A DNA stretch of 64,000 nucleotides, from NCBI RefSeq assembly GCF_009914755.1, contig NC_060940.1, one strand, 5' to 3'. The notes under the pieces were generated by a model, which searched no databases, was not told the DNA's origin, and saw nothing but the letters and a program-made list of their open reading frames with translations. A program made the position numbers and the translations under genes. Source of the DNA: the human T2T-CHM13v2.0 reference genome, Homo sapiens. This document shows positions 1 to 13,882 of this stretch, piece after piece; position 1 is the stretch's first letter; each line of letters opens with the position of its first letter.

Positions 1-2471
1 CAGAATTATAATGTTTTCAGGAAATGGAAGATGAAAATAAAATATCCAAAGTTAATCTGATACTCTGAAGTGACATATACATATAAAACATCCTTTCATA
101 TTCCTATCCTTAATTGGGGAAATCAAGATACTGACAAATGAGCCGAGACCAGAATCTAAAAGGTAATGACTAGAGAGATTGCTCATGTTATGCAAAGTGT
201 TCAAAGCAGTGCAGACATCTAGCTTCCTTTGAAATTTGCAGGCCTTAAATTAATGTGTCTGATTATTTAAAGTAGGTGATAATTAATTCCATTTGTGGGT
301 TCTCCTTGATGACTCTTAAAAAGACTTGCTTCTGGATTGGGAATAGCTGCCCATGACCTGGGGAGATTTTACCCTCCTGGAAATCTGGACCGTAATGCCT
401 AAAGCATGGGATATTTTTGTAAGAAGACAGCCAAACAATATAGTTAATCACCCTTTGGTCTTGGTGTTAAAATATGGTAACATTATAAGATTATTTTTCC
501 CTTTGGGCATATTTCTTAGGTTGGCAGAGAAAAATTGAGAGCTGAATAAATACTTTGATGAATTTAGACAAATAAGCCATTTATTTACGGCCAGAAAATA
601 GAAGTTGGCTGTTTACATTAATCAAGTAACATAGAGAATTGCCAAATTTGCCATTTCACTTCATTATTTATAAATTATCCTACTTAGATTGTATCTTTTG
701 AAAATTTAATTCCAGGCAGATAGTTTGGTATGCAATTAACTTTATTAATTCTTGGCCTAAAGATAAATTATAGCTCCTATTTTTTGTGTATTCATAGGCT
801 CCTAACATATTATATCCATTTATTTCTCTGCTGTTTTGTTCTAACTACCCTACTTGCTCCCATTTCACCAAAATTCAGAGCCTAGCTATGGTCCTCACCT
901 TCTCTATGAAGTGCCCCAACTTCCCTGGGGACTTGTTTTATAATTTTCTTCTCCCCCTTAAACCACTAACTTTGGTGAAACTAAGTCATGTGTTGTGGTA
1001 TGCTGCCTTTTTGTTTTCTTAATAATCTTGTTCAGGACTGTTGCCTGGGTCAGCTTCTTGAGAGCACAGGTCAAATTTGATCTTGTCTGTTTTCCTGAAA
1101 GCAGAGTGCACAGTACCTTGCCAGCGGCAGCTGCTGCTGAACCAGTAGAGATGGGAGGTTGGAACTCCGGAGTGACAGAAAGGACAGTTTACCATTCATC
1201 TGGTGGTTGAGAGACAGCCTCACCGAATCACTGTTCATTTATTAATTTACTTGTCAGATTTTAAAAAGATTTTAAAATGATATTCTGAATGAGAAATCAT
1301 TCTATTTTATGAGCTAATTTTCATGTACAAACATGGGCTACTAGGAAAAAAATACCTCTAGTGAATCTGACATCTGGATATGGGGTCTGGTGCTGCTAGA
1401 TTTTGAAGTTCAGTGTAGGTGATTGGTTGGAGATATTTTTGTTTCAGTTTGAATGCATCTGTGAAGTTGTTGAGAATTAGGATGAGATTCAGAAAATAGT
1501 ATTAAAGTAACATGAAATTTATAATTCTCTTCTCCCTTTCCCCATGTATTTTTCTGAGTATTCTCCTTATTCCCATCCAGTTCTATGTGATTTCAAATAT
1601 TTAGCTCCCCAGTAAAGCTGTTGAATATGGAATGCACTAGTTTTAACCTGGTTAGCAGATAGATTAAGATTTTCTGTTACACCTATTTGTTTCATTCAAG
1701 CTTTTTTTTTTCTTACTTGAAATATATATATGTGTGTGTGCATATATACGTATATGGGGGAATTGTATAAAAAATATATATATGGGGGAATTGTATAATC
1801 TAGTGTTTAAAGAATGGGCCTCTGTGTCAGAGACTTGATTTTGAAACTTTACTCTGTTAAAGTAAGTCTTAATGTCCTTTTCAGTAAAATGGGGAAAACA
1901 ATATCTACATACGGATGTTAAATGAGACAATCCATGTGACACATAAAGCATAGTGCCTGATGTGGTGAATATTTGTTCAGATTAGTTGCTTTATTGTTAT
2001 TTGAGATTCTCCTGTCTTCATATTTTAATCCAGTATTCTTTTACATTCATCTAGATTGTATCTAAATTTGTTTAGTTTGATCATATAGTCAATATTTATG
2101 AGGAATGTACAACTCGGATTTTATGAATCTGCATTCTCATTCTTTGTCATGTTAGCTAAACTAATTGTATTTTCATTAAAATAAATGTCACTAATATATT
2201 GGCTATCTTGTAATCAGTACATTTTGATTTATAAGAAAGTCAAGGAAAACTAGGGAAAACAAAAATAACATTTTTATGATTATAAAATTAATGTTTATTG
2301 CAGGATATTTGAGAAATATTGAAAGTACAAACAAAATTTAAATCTTCTGGAACTCCACACTCAAGATGCAGACAATGTCAGTATTTTTGTGAAGTTTTCA
2401 CAGTCAAAATGCCAAAGTTCTACAAGTCTTTTTTCTTAATTTAGGAAATGTTTTTCTTTTTCTCTGTCCAG

Positions 2472-2567
2472 GGCTGTTCGTGGTCAGTTATATTTGTGGA
2501 TCTCGATGCTCACAATCGCAACAGGCAAACTTTGTGCTCGCTGTTACCCAGAGAATCAAGATCACAT
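2472..2567 (+). CDS. PHKB: PHKB coding exon (~exon 9), 96 nt, phase 0-0
   Basis: Pyrimidine tract + CAG acceptor, GTGAGA donor; encodes [32 protein letters not shown], matching recalled PHKB protein; joins in frame to next exon. Confidence 0.97.
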
Positions 2568-3708
2568 GTGAGACATTTAATAATGATAAATTTAACATGA
2601 ACTATTGTTTATGATTTCTATGTAGTTATATCTTAATTTCCAGTAAAGTACTCTAAAATGTTAGTGATCGTCCAGAAGGGATAAGAGGACATGATAGATA
2701 TTGCCCCTTACTCCTCTGGCCTGGGGAGGTCTTAGCAAGTGGACAAGAGTTGTGGACACGGCTGCTTTGGCCTTTGAATCTTTTGCAGGAGAATAGAAAA
2801 ACAGACTTTTCTTTTGGGGGAGTAGCAACATTAGGCCAAGGTGAATTATTTTTTTGCCATGGTATATTAGAAAAATATTTTTCATAGTGTATATATCTTT
2901 TGGATAAAATAACCTTCCATTCCTTATTTCTGTTCTCTCATTCAATTCACTTTTTCCCCTTGCCTGATCAACTTCTGTATGCTTATCCTACCTGATTGCA
3001 GAATTTTCTAGGGACTATTTGTGGTTCTGTTATTTAGAAAACACCCAAAGTGGAATAATTTAGTTATTCAAAACAACTCTTTTATGTAAGTAATGTAAGA
3101 TTATCATTAAAAAAAAAAAAGCTCCCCAAATAAGCAAATAATATAATACCCACTCATGCCACTACTCTAATACAATCTTGACAACATTTGGGTATATATG
3201 TTTTCACTTATTTTTAGACATATATAATATTTTTATTTTACAAAGCTATAAGAGTACTTTTTATATTGATTGATAACCTAGCTCTGTGAATGGATATTGG
3301 ATATTGTCCCATACCAGTAAACAGATTTCTACAATATAAATTTTAATAGTTGCTAATTTACTCAACTAATTGTTGGACATTTAGGTTGTTTCCTCTTTTT
3401 CATTATTATAAGCAAATTGTTGTGAAAAACTAAGTTGTGACAACTGTTAAATTTTTGCGCACCATTTTAATTAATATTTTGACATTTGAGCCCGTTGAAT
3501 CTTGAAAATACTATCAACAAATAAAGTTTTATCTCCTCTGTAAGGTTTCCTGGAACATGCCATAGAAACATCTGTCTGATCCTGGGAGCAGAGCGTGCTC
3601 ACTTTTGACTGCATAACCTCACTGGCTTTTCATCTCTATCATTCTCCTTGGGCTGTGTTGATCACATCGCTGTGGACACTCACAGTCTCTCTTTCTCATT
3701 GCCTCCAG

Positions 3709-3906
3709 AATACAGATGCTGCCCTGCTCCCCTGCATCAGTTATCCTGCATTTGCCCTGGATGATGAAGTTCTTTTTAGCCAGACACTTGATAAAGTGGT
3801 TAGAAAATTAAAAGGAAAATATGGATTTAAACGTTTCTTGAGAGATGGGTATAGAACATCATTGGAAGATCCCAACAGATGCTACTACAAGCCAGCTGAA
3901 ATTAAG
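3709..3906 (+). CDS. PHKB: PHKB coding exon (~exon 10), 198 nt, phase 0-0
   Basis: ctccag acceptor, GTATTA donor; [15 protein letters not shown]...YYKPAEIK (inside ORF 3595..3930). Confidence 0.97.
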
Positions 3907-3944
3907 GTATTAAAAAATATTCCATGGTAATCGCATATCAGAGC

Positions 3945-4180
3945 AATCAAAAGCACAGATTCAGGAGACTGACCATTGGGTTTGAATTCTGGCTCTGCTA
4001 CTTACTAGCTATGTGGCCCTGGGCCAGTTAATTAATCTCTGTCTGTGTTTAATTTTTTCATTTGTAAAATAATAATAGTACCTATATCATGAGGTTCTTA
4101 TGACGATTAAATAACTTACATAAAAGTGCTTAGAATAGTGCTTGGCACATAGTGAATGCTCAGTAAGTGTTAGCTCTTAT
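3945..4180 (+). mobile_element. MIR (representative; similar relics near 1810, 17420, 20690, 37810, 46060, 48890)
   Basis: GGGTTTGAATTCTGGCTCTGCTACTTACTAGCTATGTG core. Confidence 0.8.
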
Positions 4181-4585
4181 TACCAGTGAGGTATTTACTG
4201 ATAATGGGCCATGTTCATTTATTGGGTGAATAATTTTTCTATTGCATTTTCAGTCCTATGTTTGCCTGATCCATACTATTTGTCTTATATAATATTAAAT
4301 ACCTGTTTGTAATATTCCTTTCATTCTATTAAGCAAATTCTTTTATTAAAACTGATAGGCCATTCCATCTTCCCTTATCTGTTTCATTTAGACACTTTCT
4401 TTTAAAATATAGTCCTCTAAATGTTTAGTTTTAAAATATTTTGTATTTCAAAACACATATACCACTATATGTAGTTTTATACTAGCTGCTTTTAAGCCAT
4501 CTAGAAAATAGCACCCCAAAAAAGTAAGAAGTCATGCACATTGCTGAAGACTTTGCTTTAATGTAGTGTATTGAAAGGTATTTTG

Positions 4586-4892
4586 GTTTTTTGTTTCTTT
4601 CCTTTTGAGATGGAGTCTTGCTCTGTTGCCCAGGCTGGAGAGCAGTGGCATGATCTCAGCTCACTGTAACCTCCACCTCCTGGGTTCAAGCAATTCTCCT
4701 GCCTCAGCTTCCTGAGTAGCTGGGATTACAGGCACATGCCACAATGCCCAGCCCAGCTAATTTTTTTGTGTTTTTAGTAGAGATGGGGTTTCACCATGTT
4801 GGCCAGGCTGGTCTTCAACTCCTGACCAAGTGATCTGCCCTCCTAGGCCTCCTAAAGTGCTGGGATTACAAGCGTGAGCCACTGTGCCTGGC
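4586..4892 (-). mobile_element. Alu (S-type)
   Basis: Full dimer; TSD TGAAAGGTATTTTG 4572-4585 / 4893-4906. Confidence 0.95.
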
Positions 4893-5086
4893 TGAAAGGT
4901 ATTTTGTATGCATGGGCATAATTGGCTCACTCACTGAAGGTAGGTAAGGTCCCTAGGAATCTGTATGTAGAAAATATGTAGGCAACATTATACCTTTTAA
5001 GTTGTTTGGCAATTAACATACTATTTTAAAATTTAACATACACTTTTGCAGAAAAACTAGACAAGCTATTTATCATTTTATTTAAC

Positions 5087-5222
5087 TTTTTTTTTTTTTT
5101 TTTAATAGAGACCAGATCTCCCTATGTTGCCCAGGCTGGACTGGAACTCCAGGGCTCAAGTGATTCTCCTGCCTCAGCCTCCCAAGTAGCTCGGACTACA
5201 GGCATACACCACCACATCCAGC
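5087..5222 (-). mobile_element. Alu monomer (FLAM-like)
   Basis: Poly(T) + single monomer; flanked by TTTTATTTAA. Confidence 0.85.
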
Positions 5223-6149
5223 TTTATTTAATTTCACGGTTGACTATCACTTGGAAACCATTTTATTGTGTGCACTTTTGAAATTTTAGCAGTGTTGGCA
5301 GTGTTACAGTCTGTTAGGTTGGGCCAAAAGATCCATTTATCTCTTAAACACCTTCAAATGTTTCTTTCCTATTTAATACATTTTCTGTGCCAATATTTAC
5401 AGCACTTACATTTGAATTGGACCACCTGCAACTAACTACCACCTCGCACACTTCCAACTTTGGATCTGTCCAGCAAGCTTTCTTGCTTTGGATCTGTCCA
5501 GCAAGCTTTCTTCACCTTCTGCTGAGCACCACTAAGGAAAGCCACAGCACTGTGGGTAGGAGCTGCCCCACAGTCAGGAGATCTTTCTTGGTTCAGCCTC
5601 ATCATTGCTGTCGGTTCTTGTCAGTCCTGCTATCTGACTCTGCCAGGAACTCCCCATGAAAGCTTTTCCAGCTTTTTCCTGTTTGTACTCAAGTTCGCAG
5701 ACTTTCCTTTTTATTTTCTACTTGATAGCCTTTCATTTCTGCATGGTCTCCTCCACTGTGTCTTTCCTTCATCCATACTTACCTCCATCTCTCTTGCCTC
5801 ACAGAAGGAGCTCTCTGTTCTAAGGCTAACCCATCCTGTGTATACCCCATCCTATTCTCTTTTCCTTTCTTGACACCCTCACTTGTTTTCTTCTGTGATA
5901 GAAGGATATCTATTTCTCTTTCTTTTTTCTCCTCATCTCCATTTCTACTTCTCTGTCTTGTTTCCCCAACTTAAATTAGCTTTTTTCGTCATTAAGCACA
6001 TTGATGTTTATCATTAAGAAACCAAACGAAACCCTTCCTCAGCCCTTTCCCTGTCCACCTCCATCCTCTTTCTCTTGGTGCCACACATCTGAAAAGCATG
6101 GCCTCTACTTGGTGTCTCCTTGTTTACATCCCGCTTACTCTTTCCCCTT

Positions 6150-7620
6150 ACAAACTGGCTTACTTCTGAGCACTCCCCAGTAGCTGTGCTGGCTTCAATC
6201 CATTTACATTACTGAGTCGGAGTGGATGCTTTTCTGATCTCGTTTCACAGAACTTGGCATTTGAGTGTCTTTGCTGAGTCTTGTTTGTTGGAACATTCTC
6301 CATTGGCTGTGACCCCTTTCTTTATTCTCCACTTCTCTCACTTACTTCTTAGTCTCCTTTGCAGGTTCCTCCTCTTCTGCCCCCTCTTAAACCTTGCTCT
6401 TCTCCTAGGGCCCATCCACAGCCCTAGCTCTCTTCATTCTGGCTGTGAACTCTTAGCTTCAGCTATAGCTATTAACCACAGATCTCCATCCCTAACTCAT
6501 ACCTCTCCTCAAGTGCCCACCCCCTGTATGCAGCTGCCTTGTGAACATCCTCGCTTAGATGTCTTACAGTTTGCCTGTATTCAGCTTCCACTCCTGTGCC
6601 CGAGCCCTATACCTGAGAGTCATTCTAGGCACTTCCTTCTCACCCATCTACCTTTGTCAATCACCAAGGCTGGCAGATTTAGCCTCCTAAAAATCCTAAA
6701 ATTCTGTTTTTTCCTCTCTATTACTCCCTGGTTTAGGCTAGTGGATCTGGGGCGATTTTGCCCTCCAGGAGACATTTGACAATGTCTGCAGACATTTTGG
6801 GTTATCACAATATAGTAGGTACTACTGACATCTGGAAGGTAGATACTAGGAATGCTACTAAACATTCCTGCACCACACAGGACAGCCCAACAACAAAGAA
6901 TTATTTGGCCACAATGTCAGTAGTGCTGAAGTTGAGAAAGCTCAGTTTAGGTTGTCATCTTTTCTCTTTGGATTTTGCTCCAGCAGAATTCCAGCTGGTC
7001 CTGTTTTTTGCCCTACAACTCTCTTCGGTATTACCAGCTGCTCAGTCTAGCAAGTAAATATAATGAGTAAATTTGATCCTGCTGAGTATTCACCTGTGGT
7101 TCTCTTTTATTTCCAGACCAAAGTCTTAGCTACTTAGCATGACCTGCAAGGCCCTTCCCGATCTGGCTGGCCTGGCCCATCTGTTGGGTTTCAGTTTTCA
7201 CTACTTCGTCCTTGCTTATTGCAGAAATACTGAATTGCTGGTAGATTCTTTAACATACTTTGTGATTCTGTGCATCTGTGGTTTGTAACTGTTACTTCCT
7301 TTGCCTTGAGTTACCTTAGCTCATCTCCCCAGTGAATTCCATCCAGCGTTAGCTGAAACATCTCCTTTCCTGTAAACATTCCCTGATTCCAAGGCAGACT
7401 CAGGTGTTCCACTCCCTATGAGCCTGACATACCATGTGTAGATATTTCCTACTGCATAGTAGTTGTTTATTTACATGCTGGCCTCCCTATTAGGCTGTGA
7501 GCCTCTGAGGGAAGTTCTCTGTCTTTTGTCTTAGTAGCTCTCTGTCTAGTTGGTTCCAGGCATTAGTAAGTATTCAGTAAATATTTATTGAAGGACTGCA
7601 GTTTGATGGACTGAATGAGT
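6150..7620 (+). mobile_element. L2 relic (interrupted by MER20)
   Basis: C/T-rich body ending in CAGTAAATATTTATTGAA...TGAATGAGTGA. Confidence 0.6.
6738..6946. mobile_element. MER20 (hAT-Charlie) relic
   Basis: GGGGCGATTTTGCCCTCCAGGAGACATTTG...GCTGAAGTTGAGAAA. Confidence 0.8.
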
Positions 7621-7763
7621 GAGCTTTTGAATAATAAGATCTGAGGAAAAATTTTTTTAAAAAAAGGACAAGGAAACTGCTTACAAAATCAGTTCAACTT
7701 TATTGCTATAAACAAATCTTTGACATATCGCCTAACTATAGTTCTTCTAATGTAATTGTTAGT

Positions 7764-8261
7764 GGCTGGCCACAGTGGTTCATGCCTGTAATGTCTGTAA
7801 TCCCAGCACTTTGGGAGGCCAAGATAAGAGGATCTCTTGAGGCCAGGGGTTTGAGCAGCTTGGGCAACAGAGGGAGGAGACCACATCTCTGAGAAGAAAG
7901 AAAGAAAGAAAAAGAGGGGGGGGAGGGAGAGAGAGAGAGAGAAAGGAAGGAAGGAGAAAGAAGAAAGGGAGAGGGAGAGAGAGAGAGAGGGAGGGAGAGA
8001 GAGAGAGAGGGAGAAAGAAAGAAAGAGGGAAGGAGGGAGGGAGGGAGGGAGGAAGGGAAAGAAAGAAAGAGAGAGAGAGACAGAGATAGCCAGATATAGT
8101 GGTTTGTGTCTATAGTCCCAGCCCTCCCACTTGGGAGGCTGAGGCAGGAAAAAGGATCCCTTGAGCCCAGGAGGGCAAGGCTGCAGAGAGCCGTGATTGT
8201 GCCACTGCACTCCAGCCTGGGCCACAGAGTGAGATCTTGTCTCAAAATAATAATAATAATT
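7764..8261 (+). mobile_element. AluJ-like with expanded central purine tract
   Basis: Left and right monomers separated by GA-rich expansion; TSD TAATTGTTAGT 7753-7763 / 8262-8272. Confidence 0.93.
7891..8080. repeat. 190-nt pure polypurine tract (GAAA/GA/GGGA/GGAA units)
   Basis: Only A and G on + strand across the interval. Confidence 0.95.
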
Positions 8262-8303
8262 TAATTGTTAGTGTAAAATTTAATGTTTTATTTTCTGTTT
8301 TAG

Positions 8304-8361
8304 CTATTTGATGGCATTGAATGTGAATTTCCCATATTTTTCCTTTATATGATGATTGATG
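8304..8361 (+). CDS. PHKB: PHKB coding exon (~exon 11), 58 nt, phase 0-1
   Basis: ttttag acceptor, GTAAGT donor; LFDGIECEFPIFFLYMMID+G. Confidence 0.97.
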
Positions 8362-8940
8362 GTAAGTAAGCTTTTTCCTGAAATTTAAGCAAGCTTTTTC
8401 CTGAAATTTAAGCTGTAGGATTTAAGTGGTTTAAAGAAGAGCAGAAATAAATTATGACTCTTTTCAGCTAGAAAAATAGACTGCGCTTCAGTGATGTTAA
8501 TTGCCCTGCATTTGTATATACTACTCTTTTGCTTTCTGAGTGAATGCTAAATCATTTAAAGAATTAAAAAAACACTTGGAAGCATTTAAAAAATGATAGC
8601 ATATATATTTTCTTCATATTTACAAAGAAAAATTTTTATTAGTAGAAATCATTAATACTGTAATCCATGATAATGTGAATGTCTGTAACATTTATACTTA
8701 GGAATAGGGAAAATTCAATTAAAATTCAGTTTTCAATTCTAAATGCTAACATGACTTTCTAAAACCAATTTCTTGGAAAAATATCACACAGATTTGCATT
8801 TTTTTTCCACTTTAATTTTACCATTGGCATAGAAAATTACCAAAATAATTGTAACTGGGCTAATATATTTTTTCTAAGGTAAAATTTTTGAGATCCTTAT
8901 TAAGCTCAGCTGCTATTGGATTTTATATTTTATATTTTAG

Positions 8941-9018
8941 GAGTTTTTAGAGGCAATCCTAAGCAAGTACAGGAATATCAGGATCTTTTGACTCCAGTAC
9001 TTCATCATACCACAGAAG
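8941..9018 (+). CDS. PHKB: PHKB coding exon (~exon 12), 78 nt, phase 1-1
   Basis: ttttag acceptor, GTATAG donor; (G)[25 protein letters not shown]. Confidence 0.97.
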
Positions 9019-10791
9019 GTATAGTTGTTTTTTTAAGAAATTCTTCCTACCAACATTTCCTGAATGTTTATTTGAAATGTATAAGTGAGTCCTTTGTAAA
9101 AAACAATAATTTGTATTAAATTGAAAAAAATGAATGATCCCTGATATGAAATCAGAAAGAAGATTAAGCAAGACAAAGATGGAAATGAATCTAGGTGGAC
9201 ATGGCAATAGTCATTCCAAAATAGTTTGTCAGGTGGACTGAGTTCCTTCATCTGTTATTTACTATGTAACTCCATTACTCTGTATAGAAAGTGACTAGTT
9301 TTTATACAGGTCACCAAAAATGCTATAGTCAGGTGAGTGCCCCTCCTGCGGAGGGCTACCTGGAGAGGTTCTGCTCTTGTCTAAAGGCACTAGAATTGCC
9401 GAGAATATTCTGGCCCCCTCTTTGGAGTTTTTTCTGGGGTCCTTAGCATTGTATTTTGAACATCTGCCATGGTGCTAAAACATCGTCCTTTGAGGATGGA
9501 TTTAATATTTGAGAAATGGTCAGAAGGCCCAGTCTTAGGAGTAAGGGTATATTGGTTTCAGTCAAACACCAGCAGGGACCCTCAAAAAACATAGCTGAAT
9601 TTTCTGTATAACTGGAAAACCAATTTTCAAAGGAATTCCAAATGAGATGTTCTAGATGTCTTTGGGGCTTTAAAGTATTGACAATCACAGCAGTGAGCCC
9701 CATTCCTATCTCACATGAAATTTGTGATATTCTTTGGGGTTTTCCACAGATATCTCAGAGTAAATACTTAATATTATATGCTCACTAACATGCTTGTAAT
9801 GTTAAAAGTTGTGAAATGTTTATGGATAAACATTGATTTCAAAGTGAATATTAATTTTTAAAAGTTATCTTTGTCTTTATGCTACAAATAATCACTTGTC
9901 CAATGTGAGAAATAATGTATTAAATTTTGTAATGCATGTAATATTTGAAATCCTTTGAAGCAGATCTTTTAATATTTAGTATTAGATCTTTGATGCATTG
10001 AGATGTAGTAGTTTAATGTACCTCACTTCAGGCTTCATCATGTTCAGAGAGTGATGTTCAAAGTATTATCTGTATATCATAGACCTTCTTACTGATTTTA
10101 GACACAAATATTGTTGATTGATATGTAAGGAAGCAAAATTTTAGGGAAATCTGTGCAATTTCATTAGAAAAATTAAGTTTACTGTGGGCTAATATTGCAA
10201 AAAGTCTCCTGTAGCATCCTACATAGATTGTTGATTATTTTCCCATTATATCATCCACAAAGATTCTACTATTAAATAATAATTTTAGTTCCTACCAACC
10301 CATTTTTAAATGGTCACGGGGGAGATGGCTTTTTCTCTTCGGTGATATTGAATGGTAGATAATGGGCTTAATGTTTAAATGGGGATTTCTTTGCTCTAGC
10401 AATGGCTCAGAGTTATAATTCTTCATTTAAGATTACACAGTATCTCATTTGTGAAGCTTCTACAGAATAATCCTATTAAAAATAGCTTCCTCTGTGGCTC
10501 TAAGTATTTGCATACTGTGTATTTGTTGATTCATTTAAAGGTATTAAAATTAAATGTTGTTGAGGGAGATTATGTACTCATTGTTAGCCAAAGCATAACA
10601 ATCTGCTGTTGAATTAGTGTTTTAAGTCAATTTTTTTCTCCATGATTTTCACTGGCAATATCTGAAAGGAACCAGAATATCCAGCTTTCTATAGCTTATC
10701 AAATCTGTTGCCTCCTGTATAAGAATTCTCTCTCCCTGCTTTCTAATCATTACAGTGTCTTGAAGGGAAATTTTGGGAAAGACAGTAATTT

Positions 10792-11136
10792 TGATATGGT
10801 TCGGCTGTATCCCCACCCAAAGCTCAGCTTGAATTACAGTAATTCCCATGTGTCAAGGGTGGGGCCAGGTGGAGATAATTGAATCATGGGGGGCGGTTTC
10901 CCCCATACTGTTCTCATAGTAGTGAATAAGTCTCAGGAGATCTGATGGTTTTGTAAATGCATAAGCCCTCTTGCCTGCCACCATATAAAACGTACCTTTG
11001 CTCTTCCTTCGCCTTCCACCATGATTGTGAGGCCTCCCCAGCCATGTGGAACTGTGAGGCCATTAAAACTCCTTCCTTTATAAATTACCCAGTCTTGGGT
11101 ATATCTTTATTAGTAGCATGAGAATGGACTAATACA
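10792..11136 (+). mobile_element. THE1-family MaLR solo LTR
   Basis: TGATATGGTT...GGACTAATACA termini, ATTAAA 11062-11067, 5-bp flanks AATTT/GATTT. Confidence 0.9.
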
Positions 11137-11176
11137 GATTTGTTATATTTTAAATACTTATTTTTAAACTCCATAG

Positions 11177-11335
11177 GATATCCTGTTGTACCAAAGTACT
11201 ATTATGTGCCAGCTGACTTTGTAGAATATGAAAAAAATAACCCTGGTAGTCAAAAACGATTTCCTAGCAACTGTGGCCGTGATGGAAAACTGTTTCTTTG
11301 GGGACAAGCACTTTATATCATCGCAAAACTCCTGG
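11177..11335 (+). CDS. PHKB: PHKB coding exon (~exon 13), 159 nt, phase 1-1
   Basis: ccatag acceptor, GTAAGT donor; (G)[14 protein letters not shown]...[10 protein letters not shown]. Confidence 0.97.
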
Positions 11336-12470
11336 GTAAGTGGAGAAGATTGGGAATGGTATTTTTTTCCTTGTTATTAAGCTATTAGAAATAAATATGC
11401 CTTTGCTGGTGTTTATGTTGGATTTGGGTGGTGTTTCATGGTCTTGAGAGGTCTTTAGGGAGTTTCCTAGTATCTAGTGGTATATTAATATATCTATTTC
11501 ACTGAATGATGATGGACAGTTTCTGGAAAGAAAGCGAAATAGGTATGGGTACCATTTGTGATCATTTAGGGGGCTGCATTTGGCTTACTATATAGGTTTC
11601 CTGCAGAAGATTATAGAAACTTTGAGTTACTTTTATATGATATATTAAAAATTCTGACTTAAGAAAACAGTAACAGTCATGCTTGGTCATACCTTTAGTA
11701 GACCACTTGCCAAAATGTATTGGTCATCTCAAAGTTCTTTTCTTTCCAATAAATATATATTGGCAATTTTAGTTGGAGGTTTAATAGGACCATTATTCAT
11801 TATTCTTTGAAGAATTATTTTTCATCTTCTCCTACAACTTGAACTGAATCATAGCACTCTTGGACACTTTGAAATGAAGACAAATTTGATAAACACAGAA
11901 AAAGCATTATGCATTCTTCCTGCAAATTCCTTGTTCAAATTTTAAATGTTGTTAGCATTTACATCAAAAAGGCTATCACTTTAGAGTCAGAATTCCTTTA
12001 TGGCAAAATATATTGAAATAGGCTAACTGTAAATACTGTACCTGCACTAAAATAACTGCCTACTGTATAAAATACTGTTATGATTTTTGTTGTTTCTAGC
12101 ATTACTGCATAAATGCTAATAAATTTGTGCCGTAAGAGTAATCATCTTCGGTTTTTAAAAAAATATTCCATTAGGGAAGAATATTTCACAGGACAGATTT
12201 CCAATTTGAGCTTTACATAAAATGATATGTAAGAACAGGCAGAAGCTAACCAAATAAGTGAAAACTAAGTTAATGCTGTTTTCAGTTTGCTCCTTTCCTA
12301 ACTATATTTTCTGGGTCTCCATATATACCTAATGCTAATTTAAGAACATGAAGAAACATTTTCTTCCTCCTTTAAAGGGACAGCTTTTTGACAAGGTGTT
12401 GATATTATTTATAGGCTTTCCTTTTAGAATTTCCAAAGCGGGGGGGAAAGACACATGAAATAGTTTTCTT

Positions 12471-13882
<1,412 letters not shown>

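Noticed and set aside
1751-1798. 20-bp repeat TATATGGGGGAATTGTATAA x2, and similar short repeats at 33456-33500
   Set aside because: Ordinary slippage in low-complexity sequence.
6222-6779. 185-aa leucine-rich ORF
   Set aside because: Lies in a decayed L2/MER20 region, non-ATG start, no splice or homology support.
7689-8245. 178-aa and 169-aa minus-strand ORFs rich in S/L/P/F
   Set aside because: Translation of antisense Alu plus a CT microsatellite; no gene structure.
10476-10485. MEF2-like TTAAAAATAG site in a muscle-expressed gene
   Set aside because: Expected by chance in AT-rich DNA; no conservation or chromatin evidence available.
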